This document shows positions 8,808 through 17,564 of a stretch of DNA of 64,000 nucleotides, one piece after another. A program made the translations under genes and the position numbers. Under the pieces are notes generated by a model. It was not told the origin of the DNA. It did not search any database and was given only the letters and a program-made list of their open reading frames with translations. Location: the NCBI GenBank assembly GCA_963827735.1, contig CAWHBO010000003.1, positions 252,676-316,675 of the forward strand, written 5' to 3'. Each line of letters opens with the position of its first letter. Position 1 is the first letter of the stretch. Source of the stretch: Candidatus Parcubacteria bacterium. GTDB lineage: Bacteria; Patescibacteriota; Patescibacteriia; Patescibacteriales; UBA12075.

Positions 8808-10205
8808 ATGGCTTTCTTGATTGTATTCTTTTGCGTAGCCGGGCTGGTCTTTTCTTCTCAAGTCATCATCTCCAATCAAAGCGCGAATTCCTGGTTCTAT
8901 AACATACCTTTGATCAAGCAAATGAAAACTTTGGCGGAAAGCGCGAACCGCGGACTTAAAGGAGAAGACCGAGGCAGAATAAACATTTTGCTTCTGGGAG
9001 TGGGGGGAGGAAACCACGGCGGCGGACTGTTAACGGATACCATCATGACAGCCAGCATTGACACGGAAAACAAAAAACTGGCGCTGACGTCCATACCGCG
9101 AGACTTATCCGTTCCCGTGGAAAATATGGGTTTAAAAAAAATAAATTCCATCAATGCTTATGCAGAAGCAACCAATCCCGGATCAGGCGGACTGGCAATC
9201 AGCCAGGCAGTCAGCGATCTGTTTGGCTTACCGATTGACTATTACATCCGCATTGATTTCCAGGGATTCATAAACATCATTGATGAGCTGGGGGGCGTGG
9301 ATGTCTACGTGGAAAATACGCTTGATGATTACGACTACCCCGTGTTGGGAAATGAGGAGGCGGAGTGGGACTTGCGTTACGAACATCTGCATGTAGATAA
9401 AGGTTGGCAAAAGATGGACGGCTCATTGGCGTTGAAATTCGCCCGCTCCCGGCACGGAATCAACGGCGAAGGATCTGATTTTGCCAGAGCTTCCCGCCAA
9501 CAGAAAATCATCGCCGGCGTTAAGAGCAAAGTCCTGTCCATGAATACGCTCCTCAATCCGTCAAAAATCAACGGCATAATCAATGAATTGCAAGAGCATG
9601 TCAGCACCAACATCCAAATATGGGAAATGCTAAAACTCTGGGACATGATCAAAGACATTGACCGCGAACGCATGATCACCAAGGTCATTGACAACAGCAC
9701 AAGCGGCTTGCTCGTTGACTCCATTTCCGAAGACGGGGCTTATCTTTTAAAGCCTCGCTCCGGAGACTTTACGGAAATCCAATATTTCATAAACAATGTT
9801 TTTGCCGACGCTCCGGCGGAAGATAAAAACAAAGTGGTAAAAGAAGTCGCCACAGTTGAAGTCAGAAACGGAACCTGGGTTAACGGCCTCGCAAGCCAAG
9901 CCGCGCTGGATCTGGAAAAATACGGCTTTATTGTTGTCAGGATTGGAAATTCCAGCAAGCAGAATTTTGAAAAATCCGTGATTTACGATCTTACTTATGG
10001 AGAAAAAATGGAATCCCTTGCCATTTTAAAGAACAAAATGAACGCCAACGTCGCTTATTCCCTGCCGGAATGGCTGGTTACCGACATCAGCGACGAAACC
10101 AAACTTGATGTCAATCCAATCAAACCGGACTTCATTCTTATCCTTGGCAGAAGCGCCGACCAGACGCAGTCCGGCGCGGAAAATCCGGAGGACAGCGCGC
10201 AATAA
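8808..10205 (+). CDS. LytR-CpsA-Psr (LCP) family protein with a C-terminal LytR_C-like domain
   Basis: 465 aa with an N-terminal TM segment, RINILLLGVGGG...LTDTIM...IPRDL and ARSRH motifs. See the finding on the upstream out-of-frame ORF. Confidence 0.85.
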   Translation: MAFLIVFFCVAGLVFSSQVIISNQSANSWFYNIPLIKQMKTLAESANRGLKGEDRGRINILLLGVGGGNHGGGLLTDTIMTASIDTENKKLALTSIPRDLSVPVENMGLKKINSINAYAEATNPGSGGLAISQAVSDLFGLPIDYYIRIDFQGFINIIDELGGVDVYVENTLDDYDYPVLGNEEAEWDLRYEHLHVDKGWQKMDGSLALKFARSRHGINGEGSDFARASRQQKIIAGVKSKVLSMNTLLNPSKINGIINELQEHVSTNIQIWEMLKLWDMIKDIDRERMITKVIDNSTSGLLVDSISEDGAYLLKPRSGDFTEIQYFINNVFADAPAEDKNKVVKEVATVEVRNGTWVNGLASQAALDLEKYGFIVVRIGNSSKQNFEKSVIYDLTYGEKMESLAILKNKMNANVAYSLPEWLVTDISDETKLDVNPIKPDFILILGRSADQTQSGAENPEDSAQ

Positions 10206-10261
10206 TAAGTCTCACCCAGGTATTCGCATAAAGTAATAACTCCAACTTCGCATTTTGTGAT

Positions 10262-10398
10262 AATATTCAATACTCAATGATCAATCAATAATCAATATTC
10301 AATATTCAATATTCAATTTTCAAACTTTGCGTTTATCTTATTGATTATTTGAATATTAAAATATTGAATGGTTATTGAGTATTGAATATTGATCATTC
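10262..10398. repeat. ORF-less intergenic hairpin (ATTCAAT heptamer arms)
   Basis: (ATTCAAT)n on the left. 10265-10278 (ATTCAATACTCAAT) pairs with 10374-10387 (ATTGAGTATTGAAT). The element occupies most of the LCP-der spacer. Confidence 0.55.
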
Positions 10399-10435
10399 CA
10401 GATTAAAAATTCAGTATTTTAATAAAATTAAAATT

Positions 10436-11974
10436 ATGAATAATCAACTTCCCGCCGTCGTCATCTTCGGTTGTCCGAACGCCGGAAAATCAACTTTGTT
10501 CAACGCGCTCTGCGGAAAAAGCCACGCGCTGGTTTCTGATACTCCCGGCACGACCAGGGACCTGAATGTCGCCAAGATTGATTGGCAAGGCCATACGATT
10601 GAAATTGTGGATACGGGAGGCATTCTGGATATCGGCATGCTGACAATCTCAAAAAGAAAAGAAAAGAAAATAAAAAACCGCACCACGACTGATGTTGAAA
10701 AAATTGACAAACTTGTCCAAAAAAAAGCTTTTGGAGCGCTCATAAAAGCCGATCTGGTGCTATTTTTGGTTGACGCGCGCGCGGGACTGCTTCCCCAAGA
10801 CAAACAACTGGCTAACTTCGTAAAAAAACATGTTGCCAAAGAAAAAATCGTTCTCGTTGCCAACAAAGTTGACAGCCCCAGGCTCAGGGAGGGAGTGCCT
10901 GATTTCAACAAGCTGGGACTCGGGGAACCAAACATGATTTCCGCCACCACCGGCTCCGGTACCGGCGACCTTTTAGATAAGATAATAAGTTATCTGCCAA
11001 AACAAACGAAATTAGAAACAAATAATATAGATACAGATTCGACATCCCTAATTTCCAATTTCCAATTTCCAATTTCCAATCAAATTAATGTCGCCATCAT
11101 CGGCAAACCGAACGTCGGCAAATCCAGCCTCATCAACAAAATTTTAGGTGAAGAAAAAATCATTGTCAGCCCCATAGCGCATACGACCAGAGAGCCAAAT
11201 GATACGAAAATAAATTACCAAGGCCATATCATAAATCTGATAGACACGGCCGGAATTTCCCGAAGCGGCCAAAAGAACGAAAAAAAGCAAAGCGACAAGA
11301 ACACTTTGGAAAAATTGTCCATCCAAAAATCCCTGGAGACTTTGAACCGAGCCGATATTGCCATTCTCGTAATTGATATCAAAGAAGGGCTGACGAGCCA
11401 GGAATCAAAACTGGCGGAAGAAATCATGAATTCCCGGTCCAGTTTGATCATTCTGGCCAACAAGTGGGACTTGATTAAAGAAAAAAATACCAAAAAAGCC
11501 ACTTCCGACATCTATGCAGACTTGCCTTTTGCCGCCTGGGCGCCGATTCAATTTGTTTCCGCCCTTACCGGACAGAAGATTGAAAAAGTTTTGGATTTGA
11601 TCTTGAAGATTTCTGAGGCGCGCAAAATTTCCATCAGCGATAACGCTCTGTCAAAATTCCTGCATAACACCGTAAAAAAACATTCCCCCATCAAATCCTG
11701 GGGCGTCAAAAAGCCATACATCCATGAGATCAAGCAAGATCGAACCGACCCGCCCGGATTTTCCATCCGGATTGGCGCGGATGATAACTTAAGCGAGGCT
11801 TATGTCCGCTTCATCCAAAAACAGCTCCGGGAAAAATTCGGCTTTCTCGGGACGCCGATCCAAACTTACGTTGACCGCAACAAAAAAGTGCACGGGCATA
11901 ACGATGGCTATGACAACCCGAAGAAAGATAAAAAGAGGAAGCCGGCAGGGAGAGTCAATAAACCGGTCAGATAA
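10436..11974 (+). CDS. der: Ribosome-associated GTPase Der (EngA)
   Basis: Two G-domains (GCPNAGKST and GKPNVGKSS P-loops, two DTGG/DTAG and NKxD boxes) plus a KH-like C-terminus. The start is set at MNNQLPAVVIFG because the ORF-track start at 10382 runs into the spacer hairpin. Confidence 0.9.
   Translation: MNNQLPAVVIFGCPNAGKSTLFNALCGKSHALVSDTPGTTRDLNVAKIDWQGHTIEIVDTGGILDIGMLTISKRKEKKIKNRTTTDVEKIDKLVQKKAFGALIKADLVLFLVDARAGLLPQDKQLANFVKKHVAKEKIVLVANKVDSPRLREGVPDFNKLGLGEPNMISATTGSGTGDLLDKIISYLPKQTKLETNNIDTDSTSLISNFQFPISNQINVAIIGKPNVGKSSLINKILGEEKIIVSPIAHTTREPNDTKINYQGHIINLIDTAGISRSGQKNEKKQSDKNTLEKLSIQKSLETLNRADIAILVIDIKEGLTSQESKLAEEIMNSRSSLIILANKWDLIKEKNTKKATSDIYADLPFAAWAPIQFVSALTGQKIEKVLDLILKISEARKISISDNALSKFLHNTVKKHSPIKSWGVKKPYIHEIKQDRTDPPGFSIRIGADDNLSEAYVRFIQKQLREKFGFLGTPIQTYVDRNKKVHGHNDGYDNPKKDKKRKPAGRVNKPVR
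11050..11080 (+). repeat. TTCCAAT heptamer block translated in frame inside the der linker
   Basis: AATTTCCAATTTCCAATTTCCAATTTCCAAT (31 nt) is identical to the reverse complement of 37412-37442. It is translated ISNFQFPISNQ between the two G-domains. Confidence 0.8.
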
Positions 11975-12032
11975 AAACTATTTTATCATGCCCCTGTTCA
12001 AATTAGGAATACGTAAAACGAAGGATCTAATT

Positions 12033-12158
12033 TTTAATTTACAATTTTCAATTTTCAAACAATGATTGAATTTTCAATTTATCAATGTTTGAAACATTAA
12101 GGAATTAAAAAATTGAAAATTGTTTGAAAATTAAAAATTGAAAATTGAAAATTTTATT
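12033..12158. repeat. ORF-less intergenic hairpin (TTGAAAA / TTTTCAA units)
   Basis: Left arm AATTTTCAATTTTCAAACAAT, central near-palindrome ATGTTTGAAACAT, right arm 12111-12155. The right arm is 45 of 45 identical to 21188-21232. Confidence 0.6.
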
Positions 12159-12188
12159 TCTCTGTATTTTTATTTAATAACCAATTTT

Positions 12189-12737
12189 ATGCATTTAGTC
12201 GTCGGCCTCGGCAACCCGGGCGAACAATATAAAAATTCCCGCCACAACGCGGGCTTTATGGCTGTGGATTTTTGGGCTGAGAAAAACGGACTGGCTTGGA
12301 AGCTGGACAAGAAATTCAACGCCGAGATCATCAAAGACGGCGATACGATTTATCTGAAGCCGCAAACTTTTATGAACGAATCGGGGGTATCAGTACAAGC
12401 TGTTTTGGCTTACTATAAGCTTCTCCCAAAAACTCTTGGGATAATATCCAAAAAAGAAAGCGACCTTTCAGAAATCCTGACTGTCATCCACGACGACCTG
12501 GATGTAGATTTTGGAAAGATAAAAGCGTCCGTTGATTCAAGATCAGCCGGACACAGAGGCGTTGAATCCATCATCAATCATTTGAAAACCAAAAACTTCA
12601 AAAGAATACGCTTAGGGATACGGTCCCCTCTTCAGGGCCAAATTCCGACCGAGAAGTTTGTTTTACAGAATTTCAATCCGGAAGAGCTTGGGGTGGTTAA
12701 AAATGTGATAACGTGTTTAAATTTTGACGAGATTTAA
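12189..12737 (+). CDS. pth: Peptidyl-tRNA hydrolase
   Basis: MHLVVGLGNPGEQYKNSRHNAGF is the canonical Pth N-terminus. The ORF-track start at 12138 (MKIENF) is encoded by the spacer repeat and is rejected. Confidence 0.9.
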   Translation: MHLVVGLGNPGEQYKNSRHNAGFMAVDFWAEKNGLAWKLDKKFNAEIIKDGDTIYLKPQTFMNESGVSVQAVLAYYKLLPKTLGIISKKESDLSEILTVIHDDLDVDFGKIKASVDSRSAGHRGVESIINHLKTKNFKRIRLGIRSPLQGQIPTEKFVLQNFNPEELGVVKNVITCLNFDEI

Positions 12738-12851
12738 TATTCACCCTCCCGGCGCAAACATTGTTAATTAATTTGTTTAAACATTGAATGAATATTGATT
12801 ATTGAATATTGAAAATTAAAACTTATTTACCATCTGATTTAATGGTTATAT

Positions 12852-12882
12852 AAAAACGCCCCGCGAAGAACGGGGCGTTTTT
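12852..12882. terminator. Bidirectional rho-independent terminator
   Basis: ACGCCCCG pairs with CGGGGCGT (8-bp stem, 7-nt loop). It is flanked by an A5 run upstream and a T5 run downstream. Confidence 0.6.
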
Positions 12883-12892
12883 AAAATAGATA

Positions 12893-13012
12893 ATGTCCGG
12901 TTCAAAACCTGGAAGCCGGGGAAAACCCCATTTCAAGACCGGTGAAACATTCCAAGGAGGGTAGGTTTGTTTCTGATCTGCTTCCAGGCTCTGAACCATG
13001 CGCCAGGACACT
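12893..13012. ncRNA. Unclassified GC-rich structured element (candidate small RNA)
   Basis: Nested complementary segments: GGTTCA/TGAACC, CCTGGAAGC/GCTTCCAGG, GGGG-AAAA-CCCC, GAAACA/TGTTTC. GC content is well above the flanking spacer. The strand is undetermined and no known RNA class was recognised. Confidence 0.25.
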
Positions 13013-13043
13013 ATCTTCGTTTTATATTATATGATAAAATTTA

Positions 13044-13188
13044 AACAATGTTTATGTTATGTTAATTATCCGCATTGCTGTTCATCAGTGAATCATTTAA
13101 CTCCAATGCCCAAGGAGGATTGGCAAAGGAATTAAAAGAACATGACGAACAGCAATTCAAAAATTAATCTAACTTGCCATATTAACAT
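13044..13188. ncRNA. Second unclassified structured element (three-tier hairpin)
   Basis: TTATGTTAAT pairs with ATTAACATAA, ATTGCTGTTC pairs with GAACAGCAAT, and CCAAT pairs with ATTGG around a GCCCAAGGAGG loop. It lies upstream of dprA. Confidence 0.2.
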
Positions 13189-13270
13189 AATATCATAATA
13201 TTGTCAATAGCAAAAAAACATTTTTTATCATATAGAAAAATAAGCTAACATTAAAAAAATAATCACTTAA

Positions 13271-14377
13271 ATGCTTATGGCGATGGATGATACTCGGAAG
13301 TATCTTATCGCCCTTTCCCACTTCCCAAAATTCGGACCAAAAAGTCTTTTAAAGCTTACAAAACATTTTTCAAATTTGGAAAATGCTTTTAAGGCGCCCT
13401 TAAAAAATTTGATTGATGCCGGAATCAATGAAAAAATCGCCCTGGAATTCATTGATTTTAGAAAAAATCTTTTTCCTGATAAGATCATGGAAAATCTTTT
13501 GCGTGAAAATATCAAAATTTCGGTCCTGGGCGACACCGATTATCCAAAACTTCTGAAAGAAATATATGATCCGCCCGCTCTTTTGTTCTATAAAGGATTG
13601 ATTGATGACAAGAATGATTTTTCTTTAGCCATTGTGGGAACCAGAAACCTTTCCAGCTACGGCCAGCTGGCATTGGAAAAAATCATGGACGGCCTCTGCT
13701 TAAGCCAGCTTACAATCATCAGCGGCTTGGCTTTGGGTATTGATACCTTAGCGCACACAGCCGCAATTGATCAAGGCAAACGAACGATCGCGGTGCTTGG
13801 AACCGGAGTTGATCACAGAAGCGTTTATCCGCGAGCGAACTTGCGGCTGGCGGAACAGATCGTTGGTTCCGGCGGAGCGATCATTTCTGAATTTCCCCCA
13901 GGCACAGAACCCATGCCTTACAATTTTCCTCAAAGAAACCGAATCATTTCCGGGATGACGCTTGGGACATTGGTCATTGAAGCGGGGGAAAAATCCGGAG
14001 CTTTGATCACGGCCAAATCCGCTATTGAACAAAACCGAGAAGTTTTTGCGGTTCCGGGAAGCATCATGAACCCCATGTCAGCGGGCCCGAACCTGCTCAT
14101 CAAACAAGGCGCGGTTCCCGTCCTTTCCGCGGGGGACATTCTGGAAGTTCTCCATTTGGAACAAGTGAATGGTTATGTTGCCAGCAAAAAAATGATCCCA
14201 GAATCACAAGAAGAAGCGCTTATCCTGACGTGCTTAAGCCATGAACCAAAACACATCAACGAGCTCATTCGCTTGACAAAATTGACGACATCGGTTATTA
14301 ATAGTACATTAATACTGATGGAGATGAAAGGGATGGCGAGGAACATGGGAGATATGATGTATGTGGCGGGGAGTTGA
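13271..14377 (+). CDS. dprA: DNA-processing protein DprA (Smf)
   Basis: 368 aa with GTRNLSSYG, SGLALGIDTLAH, PQRNRIISG and GEKSGALITA motifs, plus a C-terminal winged-helix-like tail. It lies upstream of topA, which is the conserved pairing. Confidence 0.9.
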   Translation: MLMAMDDTRKYLIALSHFPKFGPKSLLKLTKHFSNLENAFKAPLKNLIDAGINEKIALEFIDFRKNLFPDKIMENLLRENIKISVLGDTDYPKLLKEIYDPPALLFYKGLIDDKNDFSLAIVGTRNLSSYGQLALEKIMDGLCLSQLTIISGLALGIDTLAHTAAIDQGKRTIAVLGTGVDHRSVYPRANLRLAEQIVGSGGAIISEFPPGTEPMPYNFPQRNRIISGMTLGTLVIEAGEKSGALITAKSAIEQNREVFAVPGSIMNPMSAGPNLLIKQGAVPVLSAGDILEVLHLEQVNGYVASKKMIPESQEEALILTCLSHEPKHINELIRLTKLTTSVINSTLILMEMKGMARNMGDMMYVAGS

Positions 14378-14425
14378 TACTGTATATTTCATATAACAGC
14401 TGATTGTCGTTTAATTCAAAAAGTA

Positions 14426-14518
14426 AAAATCAAAATGCAAAATGACAGTTTAAAATTAAAAAATAATTTTGAATTTTACATTGTCATTTTGCATTTTGAG
14501 ATTTGCATTTTGCATTTT
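14426..14518. repeat. ORF-less intergenic hairpin (GCATTTT / AAAATGC units)
   Basis: 14430-14447 (TCAAAATGCAAAATGACA) is the exact reverse complement of 14482-14499. Extra GCATTTT units follow the right arm. Confidence 0.7.
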
Positions 14519-14548
14519 GGAAAATAATAATTTACAAATATAAATAGT

Positions 14549-16765
14549 ATGAACCTAATCATCGTAGAATCACCTACCAAAGCCAAAACAATAACAAAGT
14601 TCCTGGGCAAAAAATTCAAAGTTGAATCTTCCTTTGGTCATGTCCGCGATTTACCCAAGAGCACCATGGGAGTTGATATAGAAAACGATTTTGCCCCGAA
14701 ATACGTAACACCTGATAAGGCGCGGAAAAACCTGAACCATCTTAAAGATTTGGCAAAAAAAGCGGATGATGTTATCCTGGCAACCGACGAAGACCGCGAA
14801 GGCGAAGCCATTGCTTGGCATCTGGCCGAGGCTCTGAAGATAAAACCGGAAAAGGCGCAGCGCATTGTTTTTCATGAAATCACCAAAGACGCGATCTTAA
14901 AAGCCATGGAAACGCCGCGCAAATTGAACATGGATCTGGTGGACGCCCAGCAAGCTCGGCGAATTTTGGATCGGCTTGTCGGTTACGAGCTCTCCCCTTT
15001 CCTGTGGAAAAAAGTGGCTCGCGGACTTTCTGCCGGGCGCGTTCAAAGCGTGGCAGTCAGGCTGATCGTGGAAAAAGAAAGAGAGATCCAGGCATTCAAA
15101 CCGGATGAATACTGGTCCATTGACGTGAACCTGAACAAGCAAGCGGATAAAGAAAATGTCATCATCGCGGGACTCCATAAGATATCAGGAGAAACGATTG
15201 ATAAGCTGGAAATCAAAAATCAGGAACAGGCTGACAAGATCACGGATGAACTGAGTTCAGCGATTTATGAAATTACGGCCGTAACAAAAAAAGAAACAAA
15301 GAAAAATCCTCCCAAACCGTTTACGACCTCCACGCTCCAGCAGGCGGCCAACCGCCGTTTGGGCTACAGCGCCAAACGGACAATGATGATCGCCCAGCAG
15401 CTTTACGAACAAGGGCTCATCACTTACATGCGTACCGATTCATTGAATTTATCGGAAAAATTTTTAGGCGACGCCAAAGATTACCTTACGACCGCGTTGG
15501 GAAAAGAATACGCTTTGCCGGCCCCGCGGATTTTCAAGACCAAATCAAAAGGCGCGCAGGAAGCTCATGAGGCCATCCGCCCGACTGAAGCCAGCAAAGA
15601 TCCGGAAACAGCCAAGAGCGAGATCAGCGACAGCCAGCTTAAAGTTTACAAATTGATCTGGGAACGCTCAGTCGCGTCCCAGATGCCGGAAGCGGTTCTT
15701 GACGCCACGATCATTGATATCAGCGCCATAAATACGCCTTACGAATTCCGGGCCAACGGGCAAGTTTTGAAATTTCCCGGATATCTTAAAATTTACCCCG
15801 AACAATCCAAGGAACTGGCGCTGCCTGATTGCGCGGAAAGGGAAAAATTGGATTTCATAAAATTGGACAAAGAACAGCACTTTACCAAACCGCCCGCCAG
15901 GTACTCGGACGCCAGCCTTGTCAAAGTGCTGGAAGCTTACGGAGTCGGACGGCCCTCCACATACGCGCCGACATTATCCACGATTGAAGCGCGCAATTAC
16001 GTGGTCAGAGACGAGAACAAAAAGCTGGCTCCGACTGATATCGCTTTCGTGGTCGTTGACCTCCTGACCGCGCACTTCCCTTCCGTCATTGACTACGAAT
16101 TTACAGCCAAGATGGAATCGGAGTTTGACAAAATCGCCGACGGTGAAAACAAGTGGCAGCCCATGATCAAAAATTTTTACGGACCTTTTCATTCCCTCTT
16201 GGAATCTAAATATAATGAAATTAAAAAAGAAAACATTATGCCAGAAGAACAATCAAACGAAATCTGCGATAAATGCGGAGCGAAAATGATCATCAAAACC
16301 GGCCGCTACGGCAAGTTTCTGGCCTGCAGCGCTTTTCCGGAATGTAAGAACATCAAAGGCATGGGTCCCGCGGCAGGTTCAGGACCAGTCAGTGAAGATA
16401 TAAAAAAATTGGAAGAAAAATATAAAGACGAGATTTGCGAAAAATGCGGAGCGAAAATGCTGCTCAAAAACGGACGCTTCGGCCCTTTCTTGGCCTGCTC
16501 CGGTTATCCGGCCTGCAAAAACATCAAGAACATCAAAGAAAACGGCAGTTCCACCGGCATCAAATGCCCGGCCTGCGGCGAAGGCGAGATCGTTCAAAAA
16601 CGCAGCAAGCGCGGAATTTTTTACGCCTGCAACAAATACCCGGACTGCAAAAACGCTTATTGGGGCAAACCCACCGGAGCCAAATGTCCGGACTGCGGAG
16701 CGCTCCTGATTGAAACCAAGGAGGGAGAAAAATGTTCCAGCAAAGATTGCGGATATACGAAATAA
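14549..16765 (+). CDS. topA: DNA topoisomerase I
   Basis: 738 aa with Toprim (IIVESPTKAKTI, ATDEDREGE), the active-site region YMRTDS, and four C-terminal C4 zinc ribbons (CxxC...CxxxxxC). Confidence 0.95.
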   Translation: MNLIIVESPTKAKTITKFLGKKFKVESSFGHVRDLPKSTMGVDIENDFAPKYVTPDKARKNLNHLKDLAKKADDVILATDEDREGEAIAWHLAEALKIKPEKAQRIVFHEITKDAILKAMETPRKLNMDLVDAQQARRILDRLVGYELSPFLWKKVARGLSAGRVQSVAVRLIVEKEREIQAFKPDEYWSIDVNLNKQADKENVIIAGLHKISGETIDKLEIKNQEQADKITDELSSAIYEITAVTKKETKKNPPKPFTTSTLQQAANRRLGYSAKRTMMIAQQLYEQGLITYMRTDSLNLSEKFLGDAKDYLTTALGKEYALPAPRIFKTKSKGAQEAHEAIRPTEASKDPETAKSEISDSQLKVYKLIWERSVASQMPEAVLDATIIDISAINTPYEFRANGQVLKFPGYLKIYPEQSKELALPDCAEREKLDFIKLDKEQHFTKPPARYSDASLVKVLEAYGVGRPSTYAPTLSTIEARNYVVRDENKKLAPTDIAFVVVDLLTAHFPSVIDYEFTAKMESEFDKIADGENKWQPMIKNFYGPFHSLLESKYNEIKKENIMPEEQSNEICDKCGAKMIIKTGRYGKFLACSAFPECKNIKGMGPAAGSGPVSEDIKKLEEKYKDEICEKCGAKMLLKNGRFGPFLACSGYPACKNIKNIKENGSSTGIKCPACGEGEIVQKRSKRGIFYACNKYPDCKNAYWGKPTGAKCPDCGALLIETKEGEKCSSKDCGYTK

Positions 16766-16770
16766 AATAT

Positions 16771-16802
16771 AATAATACCCCGCCATAAGCGGGGTATTAT
16801 TA
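16771..16802 (+). terminator. Rho-independent terminator of topA
   Basis: AATAATACCCCGC / GCGGGGTATTATT stem with a CATAA loop, 6 nt after the topA stop. Confidence 0.7.
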
Positions 16803-16827
16803 TATTTGTATATCTGGCTATGCTTGT

Positions 16828-17091
16828 TCAGGCTTTCCGGGATTCCAGAATTTTTACTTTCTGCTTCAGCGTTGATACTTCCTGTTTTAATTTCTCAATG
16901 GCTTTGTTAAACGCGTTTAAATCTTCATCATTTGCCTTGATAACACGATCCAATTTTCTCTCCAAAGCTTTAACGTCATTTTCAATTGAAAATAATTGCT
17001 GTCTGATGGGATCCAATTTTTCTTCCAATTTCTGCTCAAGTTTTTGCTCAAGCAAATCCGAGATTAATTTTAAATCATTTTTTGTCAGCAT
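16828..17091 (-). CDS. Hypothetical coiled-coil protein (87 aa)
   Basis: Heptad-like, charged sequence (EQKLEQKLEEKL...). It is preferred over the overlapping plus-strand 111-aa ORF, which is Cys/Phe/Ser-rich and looks like a shadow. No homolog recognised. Confidence 0.45.
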   Translation of the reverse strand: MLTKNDLKLISDLLEQKLEQKLEEKLDPIRQQLFSIENDVKALERKLDRVIKANDEDLNAFNKAIEKLKQEVSTLKQKVKILESRKA

Positions 17092-17510
17092 AAAGAATAA
17101 AATTATTTACAAGGTAATAGTATATTTTAATTATATTCTTGTCAAGAAATGTTGACATTTAAAAGAAATACGATAACATTTTATCGTAATAAAAATATTT
17201 TTAAAAAGCAATTAATCTTAAGTGAATTCTTATCATTTTATAAACCCTGTAAAAGGAGGATTCCAAATAAGTGTTCATTCATCGTTAAAAGATAAAAAAT
17301 TTTGTATTAAAAAAAGGAGGGTAGGAAAAAGCGCGCATCCGGGACAAAAATCAAGCAGTGAAAGAAAAAGAAAAAATCAAATAGCTGCAAAAAAGGAGCT
17401 CTTATTAAAATCGCAAGCGACCGGGGTGCCTCCATTCATTATTAAATCTCAGGAATTTAAAGAAAAATTATAATACTCACCAAAATAAAAAGGTCTATTG
17501 TTGGAAATAT

Positions 17511-17547
17511 AAAAGCCGGCGAACTCGCGTTCCCGGCTTTTTTTAAT
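17511..17547. terminator. Bidirectional terminator
   Basis: AGCCGG pairs with CCGGCT, with an A-run before and a T7 run after. It lies between converging transcripts. Confidence 0.6.
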
Positions 17548-17564
17548 TTCGGCTTTTTGCCTTT

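Noticed and set aside
8518-9017. Minus-strand ORFs of 81 and 120 aa upstream of and overlapping the LCP gene.
   Set aside because: One is encoded by the palindromic hairpin and the other is antisense to the LCP N-terminus. Neither has translation signals.
10382-10435. Longer N-terminal extensions of der (start 10382) and pth (start 12138) given by the ORF track.
   Set aside because: The extra codons are encoded by the intergenic hairpin repeats. The canonical N-termini (MNNQLPAVVIFG, MHLVVGLGNPG) begin at internal ATGs.
12953-12964. Shared 12-mer AAGGAGGGTAGG at 12953 and 17314 as evidence of related RNAs.
   Set aside because: In 64 kb, roughly a hundred chance 12-mer repeats are expected, so this match is not significant.
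12893-13012. SRP (4.5S) RNA, suggested by a GGAAGCAG string and a long hairpin.
   Set aside because: The motif lies on the 5' side of the helix. There is no GGAA/GNRA-capped helix 8 and no matching symmetric or asymmetric loops on either strand. It is kept only as an unclassified structured element.
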